Made by a program: the position numbers and the translations under genes. The notes beneath the pieces are model-generated. The model was not told the DNA's origin and made no database searches. It saw nothing but the letters and a program-made list of their open reading frames with translations. Below are positions 63,284-64,000 of a stretch of DNA of 64,000 bases, piece by piece. Position 1 is the stretch's first letter, and each line of letters starts with the position of its first letter. Location of the stretch: the NCBI GenBank assembly GCA_022813865.1, contig JALDZX010000001.1:186001-250000 (forward strand), read 5' to 3'. The DNA is from Xylographa opegraphella (taxonomy: Eukaryota).

Positions 63284-63802
63284 TCATGCTGGTTGAGGTC
63301 CAGCAACATCAAGTCCTTCTAATCCCTGCATTGGATCATCAGGCCTACTTTCTAATGCATTTCGCGCCTGTTCTGCTGCTAGCTTGTCCTCGTCACTAAC
63401 AGCATGCTTGGCTAGCCAGCCCTCCTGTGAATAATATTTAGCAAAAGATACCCTCGGTGCAATCCTGCCTCTGTAACTGACCTGTTCCCAAACGGCAGTT
63501 CTGCTTCCCAAGCCTTCGTTGCTTGCTTTTTGAGGCTTGGCTGCAGACACTTTGATAACTCGGCCAAAAATTTCGCTCTGATCCATGTTATCGATGGCTT
63601 CTTTAGCGTCTCCTGGTATCTCGAACTCCACGTAGCCAAACCCGCGATGTGGATCTGTAGAAGACGGTAGCTCCGGTTTGGGCAACGAGACCTCTACTAT
63701 CTCCCCGAACGGAAGGAAAGCATCTGCAAGGACTTTTTCGTTGACCGCATGATCCAGACCGCCCACGTAAACAGTGGCTTTCAGACGTGCAGCGTCTGTC
63801 AT
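63284..63802 (-). CDS. RRM protein resembling the RRM of cyclophilin E (no cyclophilin domain)
   Basis: RNP2 VYVGGL, RNP1 RGFGYVEF and AIDNMDQSEIFGRVIKV. One in-frame 57-nt intron near 63425-63481. Confidence 0.88.
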   Translation of the reverse strand: MTDAARLKATVYVGGLDHAVNEKVLADAFLPFGEIVEVSLPKPELPSSTDPHRGFGYVEFEIPGDAKEAIDNMDQSEIFGRVIKVSAAKPQKASNEGLGSRTAVWEQVSYRGRIAPRVSFAKYYSQEGWLAKHAVSDEDKLAAEQARNALESRPDDPMQGLEGLDVAGPQPA

Positions 63803-64000
63803 AGTGGGTAACTCCGGGCTTATATTTCTCTGATCTGAGAATGGTCCGAATCAATTACCCATGTCCTGAGCAAGGAGACTGGATATCACGTGGACGCCCT
63901 GCAGGGGGCTGGCGTGCCTTTCCGCGCGGGTCATTAGAAGTAAAGTTGGCGGGCAACTGCGTAGCGCCGTTGGTTCGGCAAGGCCACATTATTGAATAAT

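Noticed and set aside
1..64000. tRNA, rRNA, CRISPR arrays, intact transposons or Starship captain genes
   Set aside because: I recognised no such structures, terminal repeats, or transposase, RT or tyrosine-recombinase motifs by eye. A covariance-model scan was not possible.

Overview
This is eukaryotic, intron-containing DNA from a filamentous ascomycete (Pezizomycotina, inferred from GT-AG introns with CTRAC branch sites and from gene content). It has two short N gaps. The first ~7.4 kb looks like a decaying accessory or secondary-metabolite locus. It holds an intact UbiA-family membrane enzyme of the Fma-TC terpene-cyclase type, a multiply frameshifted PTH11/rhodopsin-domain pseudogene, and an A-T-R NRPS-like carboxylic acid reductase with four disabling lesions. 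The rest is mostly housekeeping genes: S10 carboxypeptidase, Mrp49-like mitoribosomal protein, AHA1, Pcl-type cyclin, RPL15, HECT ligase, Mug190-like SMP/C2 protein, Y-family polymerase, GET2, GEP3, PSP1-family protein, NFU1, zf-HIT protein, a GTPase-RasGEF fusion, an NDUFA4-like microprotein and an RRM-only CypE-like protein, plus several hypotheticals. The most notable hidden structure: an AHA1 terminal intron whose retention would add a tail-anchor-like C-terminus; a ~1.9 kb ATG-free leader before the cyclin; a 3-nt microexon; a PhyH-like dioxygenase relic apparently split by an inversion; and recurring C-rich-then-G-rich skew islands. All family assignments come from motif recognition by eye, and no database searches were run.
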